The notes under the pieces are model-generated. The model made no database searches. It was not told where the DNA came from and worked only from the letters and a program-made list of their open reading frames with translations. The position numbers and the translations under genes are program-made. Of a DNA stretch of 64,000 bases, positions 25,311 through 37,920 are shown one piece after another (position 1 is the first letter of the stretch; the number at the start of each line of letters is the position of its first letter). Origin of the DNA: Glaucostegus cemiculus (Eukaryota); NCBI GenBank assembly GCA_976551045.1, contig CDPCPM010000015.1:11036001-11100000 (forward strand), in the 5' to 3' direction.

Positions 25311-26399
25311 ATTCCTTCATTTTAGCTTTCTGTTCAAAAAAGAAATAACCACTGGTTGGGTTAAATGAAGTTGGTAAGCATCTTATGGTAAAAAATGTGG
25401 TAAATTTAAACAAATGGATAAGGATTAACTAAACACGGATTAAGATTAAGACAGCATGGATTTTGAAAAGGCAAGGAATGCTTAATAAATGCATCAAATT
25501 ATTTGTGAAAATAATGGAGTTTATTGAGCAATGAAATGTAATGGATGCTGCATACATGGTTTTTCAAAAGATCATTTGACAGGGTACCACATGAAAGATT
25601 GGTGATTAAATAAAAACATTAATGGGATTGTGATGGCACAGATTAGAAGCTGGTTAAATGTCAGAAAATAGACAGCTAATTAATGTATTTGCAAATGGAC
25701 AAATGTAAAGTGTTCACCTAATAGACTAATACAGTTCAATCTTGGTAAAAGGGAGCAATATAAAAGATGTGAGAATTGAGAGCCTAAAAAAGTGTGAAAA
25801 GTATGTAACCAAGAGGATATCCAGAGGCTAACAATTCAAACGGATAAATATCATTTGATATTTGACAAAATTAAATGCAACGTGATGCATTTTGCAGGAA
25901 GAGGAAGTGTATGTATGCACTGAGTGATAAAACTTCAAAAGATGCAGAAAAACTTGGTTCAAATATATGAAACTCCAGAAATTTCCAAAGCTGTAACAAA
26001 ATATATCAAGGATTCCTCAGGCTTCACAAACAGGGAAACAGAATAAAAAGCAAGGAGGTGGTACTGAAGCACAGTGGGTTGTAGACGGAGACATGATCAG
26101 CAGAACTATATTGTGCTGGGGTTTCTCACCAATACTTTGCAGGCATAGGAGCTAGGGACAGGTGTACCATTCCCCCCCCCCCCCCCAGAACAGCGTTACA
26201 TCGTTACATCTCCAGGATCCAATTTAAATCTTAATTTGTCTGTATCCTCCACAAATGGAATGCGGGGAGAATAAAATCGGATTAGTGTCGGATTAGTGTA
26301 ACTGGGTGTTTGATGCTCGGTGCAGACTAGCCAGGCCGAAGGGCCTGTTCCTTGCTGTCTGACCCCACGGCTCACTGACTCACTGACTTGCAACATGCG

Positions 26400-27650
26400 G
26401 TGTTTTATTTCAAAACGTCTTTGCTTAGCCAGGCTGCTGGTAAATCGCCCGGTGGCACTGAGAGTGGACGCCTGTTGATCGGAGCAGGTTGGAGAGCCGC
26501 CGGCCAGGTGCACGGGTACCCCTGGGTGCATGCAAAAGCGCACAGTTCCCAAACACAAACAAGCTGCATTGAAGCTAAATATTTAACATAGAACTGAACT
26601 AAATTTTCACTTTTAAATCTCCCAGTGACAAATTAACACCACCACTGTAATTACAGGTAATTGGTATCAACAACACAATATTACTTCAAATATAAACGAA
26701 CTTGGAGTCTTTTAAAAACTAAACAATTTATTTCCTCTGGGTTTTGTCCTTCACTGTAACCTACGAAAAATATTCGGGTGTCAGTGGATGCCGGGGGGAA
26801 CTTGGGGCAATTCTGCCCAGAATAAAAATTCTTTGCTGCCGCGACGTTGCCGGCGGTTTGTGAATCTCTGTCTCTGTGTATCCCGAAGCGGTAGATATCT
26901 CGGTGAATAATTTATTCGTGTCTGCTGGCAATCTCTGCTCGCCCCCGAGGTCTCCAGCCGCCGCAGACGTGCTGTCTAGTTTTGTTGAAGCTTTATTACT
27001 GGCAGGTTAGTGAATCGAAAGTGCGGACAGCCTCCGAGTGCCGAGCTGGAGTTGAATGCCGTGTTGCAACTGTTGTCGGCAAATCCCCCGACCTTCCCCG
27101 GCGAGACAGCAGTCACCTTGTGTCGTCAACCATGGGTGGCCAAACTGCACAATTATAAAAAGAAATGATTTGCTCTTCTGCATTTCTTTTGTGTTAATAA
27201 CAAGAATTTATATTTCAAAATTCAAGGAGCCCCTACAAAATGCAATTTAAGATCAGTGTCCCTCTTTTACCTCCAGTGAGAACCTTCCCGCCGGGGGTTT
27301 TGGTGTAGGGGCAACACCCAGGCCTGGAAATTCATGGGCTCGTTTAAAAATAGAGGCGCAAAATTGGCGCTGCGCAGGGAGCTTTGCGCCCGGGTGCCCT
27401 GGCGCAACGGGTGTGCGTTAAAACGCGGGTCATCGCCGGAGCGCAGGCACCTGCTGAAACCCACCGGTGTGAACTGACTTCATTCCTCGGCCTCCCGGAG
27501 GGGCGATGGACCTACGAGCTGCGGGAGGAGGCACCCAAGTCACAGGCACCCCCCTCAACATCTTCTTGCAAGGGGCGAACACCCGGGGAGCGGTGTATGG
27601 GGGGGGGCGAGCAGAGAAAGCCCGCGGGGGCAGGAATGAAGTGGCTGTGG
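26400..27650. promoter_or_regulatory. Distal CpG-rich island with TAAT-rich cores (candidate enhancer or alternative promoter)
   Basis: Dense CpG in non-repetitive sequence; gtaattacaggtaattgg at ~26647; candidate donor CAG|GTTAGT at 27005/27006. Confidence 0.5.
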
Positions 27651-28159
27651 GTGGGTGTTGTCAGAAACCTCGCCAGTGTCCCTGGACCCTGGTCTGACTG
27701 CTGCAAGGAGTTTTGAGTGGTCTGTGGGCGTGACAAATCCACAGATTGAACCATTGCTCCAGCATTCACATGTACACCTCACACTTTCCAAGTGGGTCTA
27801 GCTATTCAACTGCAATGGGCATACCATGCGCGCACATTCCTGCCTCTCTCTTGCAGGACAAGGTGGCACCCCACTACTGCACGGGGCAGCAGACTGGAGG
27901 GCCACAGGCCCTGTCATTTTAGGGGCATGTGGCAGGTGCCCTGGTCACCCCTGAACCACTGGCCAGTTCCCACTTGGTTTGTGTGCTCCCTGTGCTTTGT
28001 GGATAGTCACATCTCAGACACAGAATGGTGACATCAGTAGCTCCTGGTGCACCATGTCACGATTGTCTTTCAGCACTGATTTTACACAAGGAACCATTTA
28101 CAAACCATGCACTAACGACTGAAATCAGATCAGCCTAAATACTCTGAGACTGATAAGGC

Positions 28160-28520
28160 TGAGAGGTGATTCTGGTTACATTCAGAAGATTCTGAAAGGG
28201 ATTGACAGGGTAAATGCTGATGCTTTTCCAGGCCAGGAAATCAAGATCCAGCCTCTGGACAGATACCCACCTCTGACTAACATGAGGAGAAATATCCACA
28301 TTTTGGAGGGTTGTGAATCTTTGCAATTTCCTACTTCAGATAATTGTCAAAGTTGAAGCGTGTAATGTATTCATGGCTGCAAACTGATCGATTTTTAGAC
28401 ACTGCGGGAACCATGAGACATTGTAATTGGGCAGAAAAGTGGATTTGAGATATAGGGTCAGTCTTGATCATATTGATTGCTGTAGCAACCTCAAGGAATC
28501 ATGTGACCTTCCCCTGCTTC
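28160..28520 (+). mobile_element. Old CR1 3' fragment
   Basis: gaggtgat..ttgacagggtaaatgctga..gagggttgtgaatctttgcaatttcctac. Confidence 0.65.
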
Positions 28521-29189
28521 TGCTTTTCAAATTATTAGGCTGTTACTTTTAGGCCTTACTGCTTCCATGTTGCAACAACAGCAAAACTCATCGTTGATCG
28601 TTAACATTTAACAAGCAGTGTAGGTTCAGCTGTTTGCTCTTCCTCCCGATATCGGTATCAGGAGGGGAAGTAATAGATGCCAAATATTGTGTAATAACAT
28701 AGAATTTATTCCAGAGCAGGCAGAACAGAACAACTATCATGTTTAATCAGTGGTTAAGAGTGAATATAGTGGGAAGCTAGTGTATATTCAGTGGATTTTG
28801 TTCTGGAATGTGTGACTGTAACTTGTGATTGCAAATATTAAGATTGAACTTGAACACTTAAAATAATCATTGCTCAGCAGATCATTCACCTTATGCTTTA
28901 CCGATTTTACCAGCGCAGTAGCTGTAAGCTAAACTTCATAAAAATGATATTAATCATTTGTCAGTAACTTAAGTCTAATATCATTTGAAACCTTTCTTCC
29001 CTTGAAAGGCCATCCACATATGGAAAAGCCCCCAAAACACACTGGGAAACAGGGACCAACTTCAGTTTTACTCAGAGCAGACTGCACTGTAGACACAAGA
29101 GACTGCAGATTCTGGGGTCTGGAGCAAAAAATAAACTGCTGGAAGAACTCAGCAGGTTAAGTAGCACCTGTGGGGGCAAAGGGACGGTT

Positions 29190-30330
29190 GACCTTGCAAC
29201 ACACCCCCAGCAGGTGCAAAATCCTCAGTGCCATGTGGTGCAGACTGCATTACCTCATCAATTGAAGACAGCGACTGGTGCCAGAGGAAGAGCAGCAGGA
29301 GGACCCAAAGCCTGAGGTGGAGTCTGCAGAGCATCAGGAGGAAGAGGAAGATATGCAGGGGTTGTCTCTCCCTGGTACTCACAGCCTCAAGTCCCAAATG
29401 ATGGAGGATCCAGCATTGACCACACAGGATATCAGGCACTCACTGACAGGGAGCCTGCAAAATAAAATTCCCAAGTGCAAACCTCCATGTATAACAGTCC
29501 CTAGCACCAATAAATTGTATCAATAAGCAACTGGGAGAGCCCAGATGATGCATAGAATCCACTGACAGGCTGCTGTGCAGGTCCACCTGCACTAAATGAG
29601 TCCCTGTTCCAATCACTCTACTGACAAAAAGCAACATCTCTGCATTTCCCACTGACTAGCACCTCACCTTTAACAAACTCAGACCTCCACATAAAATACA
29701 TTTTCTGTGAGGTCCATGGAAGATGTGAATAATGGTGAGCCAGTTATTGTGACACACCTTGTAATAACATGTTGAGAAATATGTTTAAGCATTGATATTG
29801 GTATTGGTTTATTATTGTCACTTGTACCGAGGTACAGTGAAAAACTTGCCTTGCATACTGATCGTACAGGTCAATTCATTACACAGTGCAGTTACATTGC
29901 GGTAATACAAAGTGCACTGATGTAGTTCAGGTAAAAACAAAGCAGTACAGAGTAAAGTGTCACAGCTGCAGAGAAAGTGCAGTGCAATAAGGTGCAAGGT
30001 CACAACAAGGTAGGTTGTGAGGTCAGAGTCCATCTCATCATATAAGGGAACCATTCAATGGTCTCATCACAGTAGGGTAGAAGCTGTCCTTAAGTCTGGA
30101 GGAGCCTGAGGGCATGTACCACCAGTCTTAAGGCCAGCTTCTACCCCACTGTGATAAGACCATTGAACAGTTCCCTTACACATTCCATGTACAAGGGTCA
30201 TCGCTCCTGGTGGGGACTTCTGTAGCCATCTCTTTCCAGGCTCTTCTTAAGATGGGCCCTGTGGGTTTCCCCATAGCTTCCCTTCTCCCCCAAGACACAC
30301 AGAGGTTGCTCGTGGTCTTCCCCTTTGAGT
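29190..30330. mobile_element. PIF/Harbinger DNA transposon relic: transposase C-terminus (+, ~29194-29465) and Myb/SANT-like gene (-, ~30180-30330)
   Basis: + frame LQHTPSRCKILSAMWCRLHYL*..EEEQQED..EEEED..IRHSL resembles HARBI1-type LQYSP..CCxLHN plus acidic tail; - frame RRAWKEMATEVPTRSDDPCTW resembles the Myb/SANT AWxEVA..RTW motif; convergent orientation. Confidence 0.6.
29792..30178 (-). mobile_element. Rex1-type 3' end (CCAATA-tail family) with a terminal inverted duplication
   Basis: Homologous to 43715-44036; the + oriented piece 30100-30178 folds back on 30043-30099. Confidence 0.88.
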
Positions 30331-31539
30331 GAACAAAGGAGCTGATCCTGAGTCCATGGCAGCCAGTGTGTGTTGCTGCAGTGTAGCTGCCTTGGGGAGT
30401 GTGCCTATAAGTGCTCATGCCCTTCGCTGGTTGCTGCAAAGAAAATTGTTGTGTAAAACTGGGTGAAATCCCACCAAATGTAATGTAGGTCTCATTTTAA
30501 AACATGTGTCTGAGTCTCAACCACCCCAATGCTATTTTGAACTGGATATGGCCACTTTTGCATTGTCCCAGTTGGGCATGAGTACTGCCATGATTTACCA
30601 GGAGTAGGTCCAATCCAATTTCTAAACAAAATTCATCATCACTTCTCTTATATGATTCCAAATCTGTGAGACAACTGTGCATTAAATTAGCTCAGAACAT
30701 TTGAAGCAGTGTCTATACCCTTCAGTCAGCTGGGGGTTTCGACAAAGAGCCAAGTAATTCCATAATTATCATGTGAGGAAAGCTCCACATCTTCACAGTC
30801 ATTTTATTTTTGCAAGGGATTCTGACAGTAACTGTTAAATTATACATTTGTCTGCAAAATAGATCCAAAACAAACAGAAATGAAGATCAAACACGCAGTG
30901 AAGCTGGAACCCTGGGATGGTGTTCGAATTTGTAATAATGAGGAAAACTAAACTATGGAGTAACTTTACCCAAGTTATGGTTACAAAAAGTGTAGTCGAG
31001 GGTATATTGATACGTAGAACTGCTGGATTGGACTGAGAGCTGTTCATTATTGCTACAACTTAATCTTTCTCCCTAACCTGGGAGACATTTTCATTGGGAA
31101 AAGAAGCATTTATTGGATTAGAATAAAAAACAGAAAATTCTGGAGATACTCAGCAGGTCAGGCAGCATTTGTGCAGAGAGAAGCAGAGCGAATGTTTTGA
31201 GTTAATGGGTTGATCAGTTCAACAACTCTCCTGTCCATTGACCAGCTGGGCTTCCTGCAGTTTTGGCAAAACTCTGACAGGCCTGTGTAAATAAAACTCA
31301 GGAGTTCATTGTTGCCAAGTTCAAGATAGTTAGCTGCTTTCCTCTGCTTCACCCAGCACCCAACCAGAGTTAAAGTTAGGGATAAAGATTTATGTTTTTG
31401 TTTATGGTTAGAAAAATTAAAATAAACATTTTAATTAATCACAGATGCGTAATTGTAGTGTGCAATGCAAAACAATATAATGGGATCTTAAAAGACTTTT
31501 TGAGCAAGTTTTCTTTCAAAAGCAGTCAGTAAGACCAAA

Positions 31540-31930
31540 GGGTGGCTCAGTGGTGCAGTGAGCAGAGCCACTGCTTCACAGCACCGGAGAGCCGGGTTCA
31601 AGTCTGACCTGAGTTTTTGGAGGCTGCATGTTTTTCTCAGGGTAGAAATGTCAACTACTATTGGACATGCATTTAAGGTGAGAGGGGGGTAAGTTTAAAG
31701 AGGGTGTGCAGGGTAAGTTTTTACACAGAGTGGTAAGTCCCTGGAACGGGCTGCCAGGGGCGGTGGTGGAGGCAGATACAACAGTGGCGTTTAAGAGGCT
31801 GTTGGATAACACATGAATGTTCAAGGAATGGAGGGATGTGGGTCATGTACAGGTAGAAGAGGTTTAGCTTAATTCAGCATCATGTTCAGCATAGACATGG
31901 TGGGCCTGTTCCTGTGCTGTACTGTTCTGT
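31540..31930 (+). mobile_element. V-SINE tRNA-like head fused to a CR1 3' fragment
   Basis: tggtgcagtgagcagagccactgcttcacagc..gggttcaagtc head, joined at ~31635 to ctcagggtagaaatgtc..acagagtggt..gggcctgttcc. Confidence 0.7.
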
Positions 31931-32394
31931 GTAATGCCAGTATGTCTGCGTCAAAGTTGTAAGGTTGTTTCAATGAGGCTTGCCTGACCTTGCTGCTGAA
32001 GTTGACATCTCTCTTTTCCACGAGGGTGCCCCTGTTTCCTACAGCCTCCTCTGCTGCTGCCTCCAACCTTCACCTTATTGCCCTTGCCACTCCTCCACCA
32101 CTCACATCAGCGTTTACTACCACACCCTCTGTTGCCATTGACTACCACATTCATCTCCCCCACCTCCATTGCTAAAGGTAATTAGAACACAAAAAACGCA
32201 TTTCTTGCATTATAATGATTGTATTTACAATAGACTTACCTGTTCTATTGAGGAGTACTAACCTGCCCCCAAAACTTGAAATGATAATCAATCATTCACA
32301 CTGCTTTACCAATGGCACTAAAGCTCATCACTGTCCGGATTCATCATCAAGTGGACCTCCTGGGCACTCATTAGCAACATCACAGAGTAAAACC

Positions 32395-32600
32395 ACTAAC
32401 TGCTGGAGGAACTCAGTGGGTCGAGCAGCATCTGTGGAGGCAGAAGGATGGTTGACGTTTCAGGTCAAGACCCTGCATCAGGACTGAGAGTGGAGAGGGG
32501 AGATGGCCGGTATGAAGTGGTGAGAGGGAGGAGTGAGACAGGGGCTGGTAGGTGATAAGTGGAATCAGGGATGTGGGTGATGATGGACAAATGGATCCAG
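32395..32600 (-). mobile_element. Penelope-like repeat with hammerhead-like motif
   Basis: Minus strand cagtc-ctgatgc-agggtcttgacct-gaaacgtc (32449-32488). Confidence 0.75.
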
Positions 32601-34894
32601 AAGCCTACTACGTTTCCTTTTAGTGTTCTATTACCACACCTCCTTCACATCCATTTTTGTGGTATCCCTCAGGTATGCTCACTGATTATACACGTGTACT
32701 GGATTTTGTAAAGTGTTGACAATCCTTGGCACCCCTGCATAGTATAATAGCTTAGAGACTGCCAGTGAGTGGTATACCAACGGGAAAAAGTGACCAGAGC
32801 TCAATCCATGAACCATCTCTGTCCCCAGGTGGGCCATAAGATGGTTGGAAAGACATAGAATTGGGCTCAAGTGTCGCATTAATGGAGCTGACCAGGTGAT
32901 GTGACGAGAACATACATGAAGTAAGTGTGTTAATACAGATCATAAATACTGTATTTAAGATCTGCTTTACCACACTTACTTCATATATGTTCTTAAATAT
33001 AATTGACTCAGCCCTGTCACTTCTTCATATATGTACTTAAATATTTCTAAAATGTACTTGACTTCTGTGGAGCTACAACTCGTGCTCAGGAACAAAGCTG
33101 GCATTATTCACTGGAGCTCTCCCAGCTGAAGTATAACAGTGCTCATTCTTTTAATCTGTGCGTTGGAAGCCAAAGGGGAATCCAAGAGAATCTCTGTGTA
33201 TTCTCAACTTTGAACTCCTGGAATGCCGAGACAATGAGAGACGCGCCATGGAGCTGTGGCAAAATTGGGATTTAAGAAAGAATAATGTCTCTGCTATTCC
33301 AGCAATCCATATCCCACCACAATCCTGCCTGTGGCTGACAGTACAAATGTAGATTGTGTGTCTGAGTAGGTTCTGCCTTCCTACAGGTTTGCCTATGTGT
33401 CTTGACCCTATTTCTGCTAACAAGCTTTCTTGCATACAACTGTCACCTCAGGGTGAGCATTTTTCACCTTGCCCTCAATATTATCATTTACCTGGAAAAA
33501 GCAAAATGTTAATGTACGAATTAAAGGGCAAAGAGGAAATGTTCTCTTTTTTAATCAAAACTTCTAATGTAATAGGAACATAAGATACACATTTCTTACA
33601 TGATAGTGATGACATTTACTAATAAAATTGCTTGCAGTGTGTGAGGAGTACTGATATGAAATGATTCTGATTCTGATAATCAATTATTCACACTCTGTAC
33701 CAATGGAAGGTAAACTCATCACTTTCCTTAACCATTGTCAAGTAGTCATTCCAGGCACTTGTAAACACCATCACAGGAATCAGCTACTTTCCTTTTTACT
33801 GTTCTATTGCTTAGTCATAGACTCAGGGATTTCCAATATACCTAGTCTGGCACAGCGTTGCCATTTTGTTTGGTCTACCACTCTCACAATTATGATGAAG
33901 ACTTTTACTTCAGGTCAATTTTGCACATGCTACATATTTTCCCCTTGCTCTGGTCCTTAGCTCAACATGATTGAGGGCTATGAGGATCTGATGCAGAGGT
34001 CCAGGGTAGAGCCTTGATCATATTGAATAGTAGGGCAGGCTTGAGGGTTTGAGTGGAGTACACCTGCTCTTGTGTGTTCCTGTTCTGACTGATCATCAGT
34101 TTTCTAGACCTGCCCTACCAATGCACAACAACTCAGTCACTTTTCAGGCCATAAGGGAGCCTGTCTCCTCTGGGCATTCCCAGATTCCAGTGGAGACTAT
34201 TTACAGAGTGTGCAGACAAATACTCATCAAACACAAGGAGCTCAAAATAAAGTGAGTCCCATTTATTCAAGAGATTTTCTCAAACTGCTTCTCTGGGACT
34301 TGACTTTGCTGCAGCCCAGAGAGCAGTGTCAGATGCTACAATCCTTAAAGAAGTAACAGCCTTAAAGCAGCAATTTTGTTTGCAGACAGTGTTACGTATT
34401 TTACATGACTCTTTCCCAATGGCCTCACCAATTAACTTTCACTCAAGTACTGACATGATTTCCTTTTGAAACACTAACCAAGTCTGCGTCCACCACATAA
34501 ATACATATTATGTTACCTCAGCATTATGACAGTTCAGGTAATGGGCATTCACCCTTACAAAATTCACAATTCACGACCAAAATATCTGAGATACAGGATA
34601 AAAATGTACTCTTTTGGAATTTATGTGAGGAAAATACTAAATAGATACAAAATGCAAAAAACAAGCAAATTTTCTCTATTTTTGTCGAGGGTTCACTGTG
34701 CAGGAAATTGTGATGTGGATGGTTTTCTGGGAATACAACCCCCTGAAATGTGGGAGTGTACTGTAATAAATTCTGGGTCATCATTCTCCATTTAGGTTTT
34801 TCGTCACATTCTCCCATATCTTTTGTCCTTCACTTTAAAACAGTATCCTTTAGCCTTTGAAACCCATTTTAGCTACCTAAACCCGTTATGCACC

Positions 34895-35175
34895 TGGAGA
34901 TAAACGAGGCTGCAGGTGCTGCAATTTGGATCAGTCCTGATGCAGGGTCTTGACCCAAAATTCCTCTCCCCCTACAGATGTCGCTCAAGTTGCTGAGTTC
35001 CTCCAGCAGTTTGTTTTCTTTTTGCTGTTAAGGTCCTGTTCTTTTCTGTCAAATCTCCTCTCTACCTTCAAAAAGCAATTGCTGGAAATCTGAAACAAAA
35101 CTTGAAAATGCTGGAAACACACAGGTGGTCAAGCAGCATCTGTGAAGAAAGAAAAATAAGTTTGCATTTCAGACC
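34895..35175. mobile_element. Cluster of Penelope-like repeat pieces in both orientations
   Basis: cagtcctgatgcagggtcttgacccaaaa at 34932-34960; ctggaaacacacagg..gcagcatctgtg at ~35110. Confidence 0.7.
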
Positions 35176-35185
35176 AATGAGCTGT

Positions 35186-35335
35186 CATTGGTATTGGTAT
35201 TGGGTTATTATTGTCACTTGTACCAAGGTACAGTGAAAAACTTGTCTTGCAAACCGATCGTACAGATCGTACAGTGCAGTTACATAGTTAGTACAAAGTG
35301 CATTGATGTAGTACAGTAAAAATAGTAACGGTGCA
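35186..35335 (-). mobile_element. Rex1-type 3' end (CCAATA tail)
   Basis: ttggtattggtattgggttattattgtcacttgtacc..cagtgaaaaacttgtc. Confidence 0.85.
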
Positions 35336-35787
35336 GACCCTTCTCTTGAAAACTTTCTTTGCCCCAGTAATAACAACTGAAGACTGGATGCCTTTCGCAA
35401 ACCATATAATCCAAGCCATCTACTTCAACATGCAAACTTTTGTTCATATACAATCTGCCCAGATCACTGCTGCCATCAAATGTCAGGCAAACCACTCTCT
35501 CTTTAGTTCTGTTTACCAGTCTGCCGGGACAAGTCAGCACCATAGTGTAAACAGGACATTGGGAAAACAGAGCCTTAAGAACACGTCCAGTGATCATGTG
35601 AATGCCCTTTGGACAAGGCTGCCCCATATTAAACTGCATCAAGATCAATTAAATGGCTTCTGGGTCCATCTGGGCATTTTCGTCTTCCCCACCTCACCTG
35701 CTTGGTGACTCCTCGAAAGCCAAGTTTCACTGTTTTGAATAACAATCAAGCAAAAGGGGAAAAGACAATTCTTTTCTCTAGCTCGCG

Positions 35788-36280
35788 GAGTCATAGAGCT
35801 ATACAGCATGGAGACAGGTCCTTTGGCCCAATCCGCCTGTGCCGACCAGGATTCCCATCTAAGCTTGTCCTATTTGCCTGTGTTTGGCTCATTTCCCTCC
35901 AAACTTTTCCTATCCATGTAACTGTCCAAATGCCTTTTAAATGTCGTAATAGTACCCACATCTACCACTTCCTCTGGCAGCTCGTTCCACATACTCACCA
36001 CAATCTGTGTAAAAAATTTGCCTCTCAGGACCCATTCAAATCTTATCCCTCTCACTGTAAATCCATATCCTCTAATTTTAGACTCCTCGACCCTGGGGAA
36101 AGGACTTTGCGATTCACCTCATGTATGCACCACATAATTTTATAAACCTCTATAAGGTCATCCCTCAGCCTCCTACCATCCAGGTAAAAAAGTCCAAGCC
36201 CATCCAACCTCTCCTTATAACCTAAGCCCTCCACTCCTAAGTCCTGGTAACATCCTCGTAAATCTTTCTTGCACCCTCTT
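35788..36280 (-). mobile_element. CR1 3' fragment
   Basis: ORFs RRLRDDLIEVYKIM and KFFTQIVVSMWNELPEEVV. Confidence 0.92.
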
Positions 36281-36739
36281 TTTTAAAATGTTTATTTATT
36301 ATTTTTATTTGAGGAAACTGTTGACTCTGTAGGGGTAGTTATTATAGAAAACACACCCATCTGCCCATTATTAATAGGAGTCCTGAATGTTACATGTCCT
36401 CAGTTCAATTGAATCCACATGATCCAATGGTTTGGTTAGCTAGAATCCTTTCACCTCTTTAAAATAACGAGTATGCAGTCGTCACGTTTCAGTGAGGCAA
36501 AATCATGTTCTTAGTTTCTGTTGATGACCAAATATGCAAATTCTGGAAGGGAGAGTCTGGCAGATGTGCCTGAATTACCAGTGAGGTTGGGTGATCCATG
36601 GCGGTGAAACATGGACTGTTAAGCTGCCAAGAAAGAAAACTTGACGGCTTCTGGCTGAAGTCCCCTGCATTCTTTTGCATCTTCTAAAGGGAAATGTTTC
36701 CAGGGATACCAAGCATCATTAGGCAAAGAAACTCCTCCC

Positions 36740-37182
36740 CCACCAGGTTCCATCTGCCCATCACCTACATATTGGTCCCCTGACTCCTCCAGTCCCCGCA
36801 CTGTTCTCGTCTGCCTAGCATCCCTTCCTTATCTGGTTTTGCTCATTACCTTCCTTCTTATCAGATTGCATGATCTGTTGCCCCCACTATCACCTCCCAG
36901 CCTCTGTTGCCATCTCCACCCCTCCCTCCCCCACCTGACTCCATCTGCCAATCACCCTGCCTCACCTGGATCCACCCATCGCTCGCCTGCTCCTGCCTCA
37001 CCTCTCCCCCTCACCTCTAGATACTGCCTATCTCCCTTTTACACTCTCAGTCCTGATGCAGGGTCTCGACCTGAAACATTGATTATCCCTTTGCCTCTCC
37101 AAATGCCCCCTGACCTGCTGAGTTCCTCTGGCAGTTTGCTTTTTGCTCCAGATCCCAGCATCTGTAGTTTCTTGTGTCTCCA
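36740..37182 (+). mobile_element. Longest Penelope-like terminal-repeat copy, with hammerhead-like motif
   Basis: Pyrimidine-rich 5' part, then cagtc-ctgatgc-agggtctcgacct-gaaacatt (37048-37080), ending ccagcatctgtagtttcttgtgtctcc. Confidence 0.75.
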
Positions 37183-37714
37183 CAGCAGACTCTGAAGTGA
37201 GCAAGTACACAAGATGAAAGATGGCTGCATCTCCAACGATCCACTCTAGTGGGAGATGCCCCAGGATAAAGAACCAGTGGTTGCCTAGATCTTCATTTTA
37301 ACTGTATTACTGAAAGGGATATGAAATCCTTCATCATTGATTATGATGTAGGAAACTGTAGCCAATGGCAGAAATGAATGGAGACAGTGGCTATGGGCAG
37401 GGTCACCTATCAAAGCCCCATTGTGGATGCCAGTGAAATGAGCAACATAGATGCTCAGAAAGTAGACATTACAGGTCAGCATCTTAGACCTAACTGAGAG
37501 TTTACTATTTCTCCATAATTTTTGTGTTTAAAGTCAACATTGATGGCTTCCTTTCCAAAGAATGTATTGAGTTCTTCATGAGTCTATATAGACAAATCCA
37601 ATTCATAGCAGATATATGCAAAATAACTAGGCATCAAAAGCAGGTCCTTCCCAGCCTGAATCATTGAACTGATCAGCCTTATCTGGGCTAGCTCAGGAAA
37701 GGTTCCTAATGATG

Positions 37715-37920
37715 AGATAACACAGAAAGTGCTGGAGATACTCAGCAAGTCAGGCAGCATCTGTGGAGAGAAAGAAACAGAATTAACATTCTGCTGGATG
37801 GTCATTGACTGGAAATGTTGATTTTGTTTTACTCTGCAGAGATTCTGCCTGATCTGCTGCATGTCCTGGCATCTCCTGGGTTTATTTCGAATTTCAAGCA
37901 GCTGCAGTATTTTGCTTTTC
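37715..37920. mobile_element. Penelope-like repeat, degraded inverted pair
   Basis: gctggagatactcagcaagtcaggcagcatctgtggag ... ctgcctgatctgctg. Confidence 0.6.

Noticed and set aside
32975-33047. ~25-bp direct repeat cttcatatatgt.cttaaatat
   Set aside because: Probably a small local duplication; no element between the copies to make it a TSD.
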